A stretch of 64,000 bases of DNA from Candidatus Doudnabacteria bacterium (lineage in GTDB: Bacteria; Patescibacteriota; JAQUNI01), in assembly GCA_041644975.1 (NCBI GenBank), contig JBAZQX010000007.1:1906-65905 (forward strand), in the 5' to 3' direction. The position numbers and the translations under genes were made by a program. Positions 63,254 through 64,000 of this stretch are shown piece by piece (position 1 is the first letter of the stretch; the number at the start of each line of letters is the position of its first letter). The notes under the pieces are model-generated. The model was not told the DNA's origin, ran no database searches, and saw only the letters and a program-made list of their open reading frames with translations.

Positions 63254-63515
63254 CAAGCGCTTTTATCCTTTTTAATAACTCATAAGACTTAACGGCATCT
63301 CCTATTAAGACCCATTCATTCGAAATGTCATCTAGCTTACCCCCTGATATAGGATCGGAATCGTGGCAGAGATCGGATTTTAGGTTTCCCACTCCTTCCC
63401 TCAAGTCACATTCCATTCGTGTCGCCTGCGGATCATTTTGAATCTCATCTAAACGATTAATCTCTCTTTCCGCTTGAACGATAAGTTCCCGCGCCTCTTT
63501 CATTGTAATACTCAT
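63243..63515 (-). CDS. Hypothetical protein
   Basis: AAGGAGG upstream; convergent overlap with tilS. Confidence 0.55.
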   Translation of the reverse strand: MSITMKEARELIVQAEREINRLDEIQNDPQATRMECDLREGVGNLKSDLCHDSDPISGGKLDDISNEWVLIGDAVKSYELLKRIKALAKL

Positions 63516-63590
63516 GGGTTCCCTCCTTTGAAAACACGGTTAGTAAGAAAGAGCCATTTTATAACCTTACCTCGAATTCGAAATTCGTTT

Positions 63591-63725
63591 TGTCATTGCG
63601 AGGAGGGCGTCAAGCCCGATCCCTCGCTTCCGCTCGGGACAGGCTCCGCAATCTCATCGAGCTGTTATTCATACAGATTTAGGAGATTGCTTCGGTCGGC
63701 ATCAAATGCCTCCCTCGCAATGACG
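63591..63725 (+). repeat. 135-bp CGTC-type element, copy D
   Basis: tgtcattgcgagg...cctcgcaatgacg. Confidence 0.85.
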
Positions 63726-63810
63726 ATACATTCCGTAATTCACAGAACCTTAAAATCCTGCGATGTGAATTATTTATCATAATAGACAATTTTATTTTTG
63801 TCAACAAAAT

Positions 63811-64000
63811 ATGAAAAATATGAAAAACGTTGTTAAAAATTTATTAATCGCCTTTGTGGTTTTTCTGTTTATTGCGGGCTTTTTTTCTCTCTATAACGCT
63901 CCCGGCTTTGAGCAACGCAAACAGGTCTCTTTAACCACTTTAGCCCAAGAGATTAAAGGTGGCGAGGTGAAAACCATTGAAATTCAAGAAGACAAATTAA
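63811..64000 (+). CDS. ftsH: Probable FtsH N-terminus (runs off the window)
   Basis: MKNVVKNLLIAFVVFLFIAGFFSLY...VSLTTLAQEIKGGEVKTIEI; position after tilS. Confidence 0.7.
   Translation, partial: MKNMKNVVKNLLIAFVVFLFIAGFFSLYNAPGFEQRKQVSLTTLAQEIKGGEVKTIEIQEDKL

Overview
Segment of a Patescibacteria/CPR-like bacterial chromosome (taxon inferred from gene content, an unlinked intron-bearing 16S gene and tRNA-adjacent nucleases; standard code 11). Housekeeping genes: Elp3-like, rsmA, trmD, khpA, tig, hppA, nusA, rnhB, purC/purB/purD, infB, rbfA, nrnA, clpP, gyrA, rpsA, tilS and the start of ftsH. RNA genes: six intact tRNAs (Leu, Cys, Gly, Phe with a group I intron, Ala, Arg) and a stand-alone 16S rRNA with an ORF-less group II intron at the decoding centre plus two repeat-like loop expansions. 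Two tRNA-anchored low-GC islands occur: glycan-modification cargo with serine-recombinase relics at tRNA-Leu, and an AbiEii-WYL-Zn-finger fusion with an M48 peptidase at tRNA-Ala. The most striking signal is a set of tiny (28-140 bp) palindromic insertion elements with distinct target sites. They nest inside each other, enter proteins, rRNA and tRNAs, and some carry about 70-80 bp of cargo. At three tRNA loci (Cys, Ala, Arg) insertion-disrupted copies lie next to an intact copy with the same anticodon; at Arg the intact tRNA is itself the cargo of an element inserted inside the dead copy. Two perfect parS palindromes suggest an origin-proximal region. All calls are by eye; no database search or folding was run.
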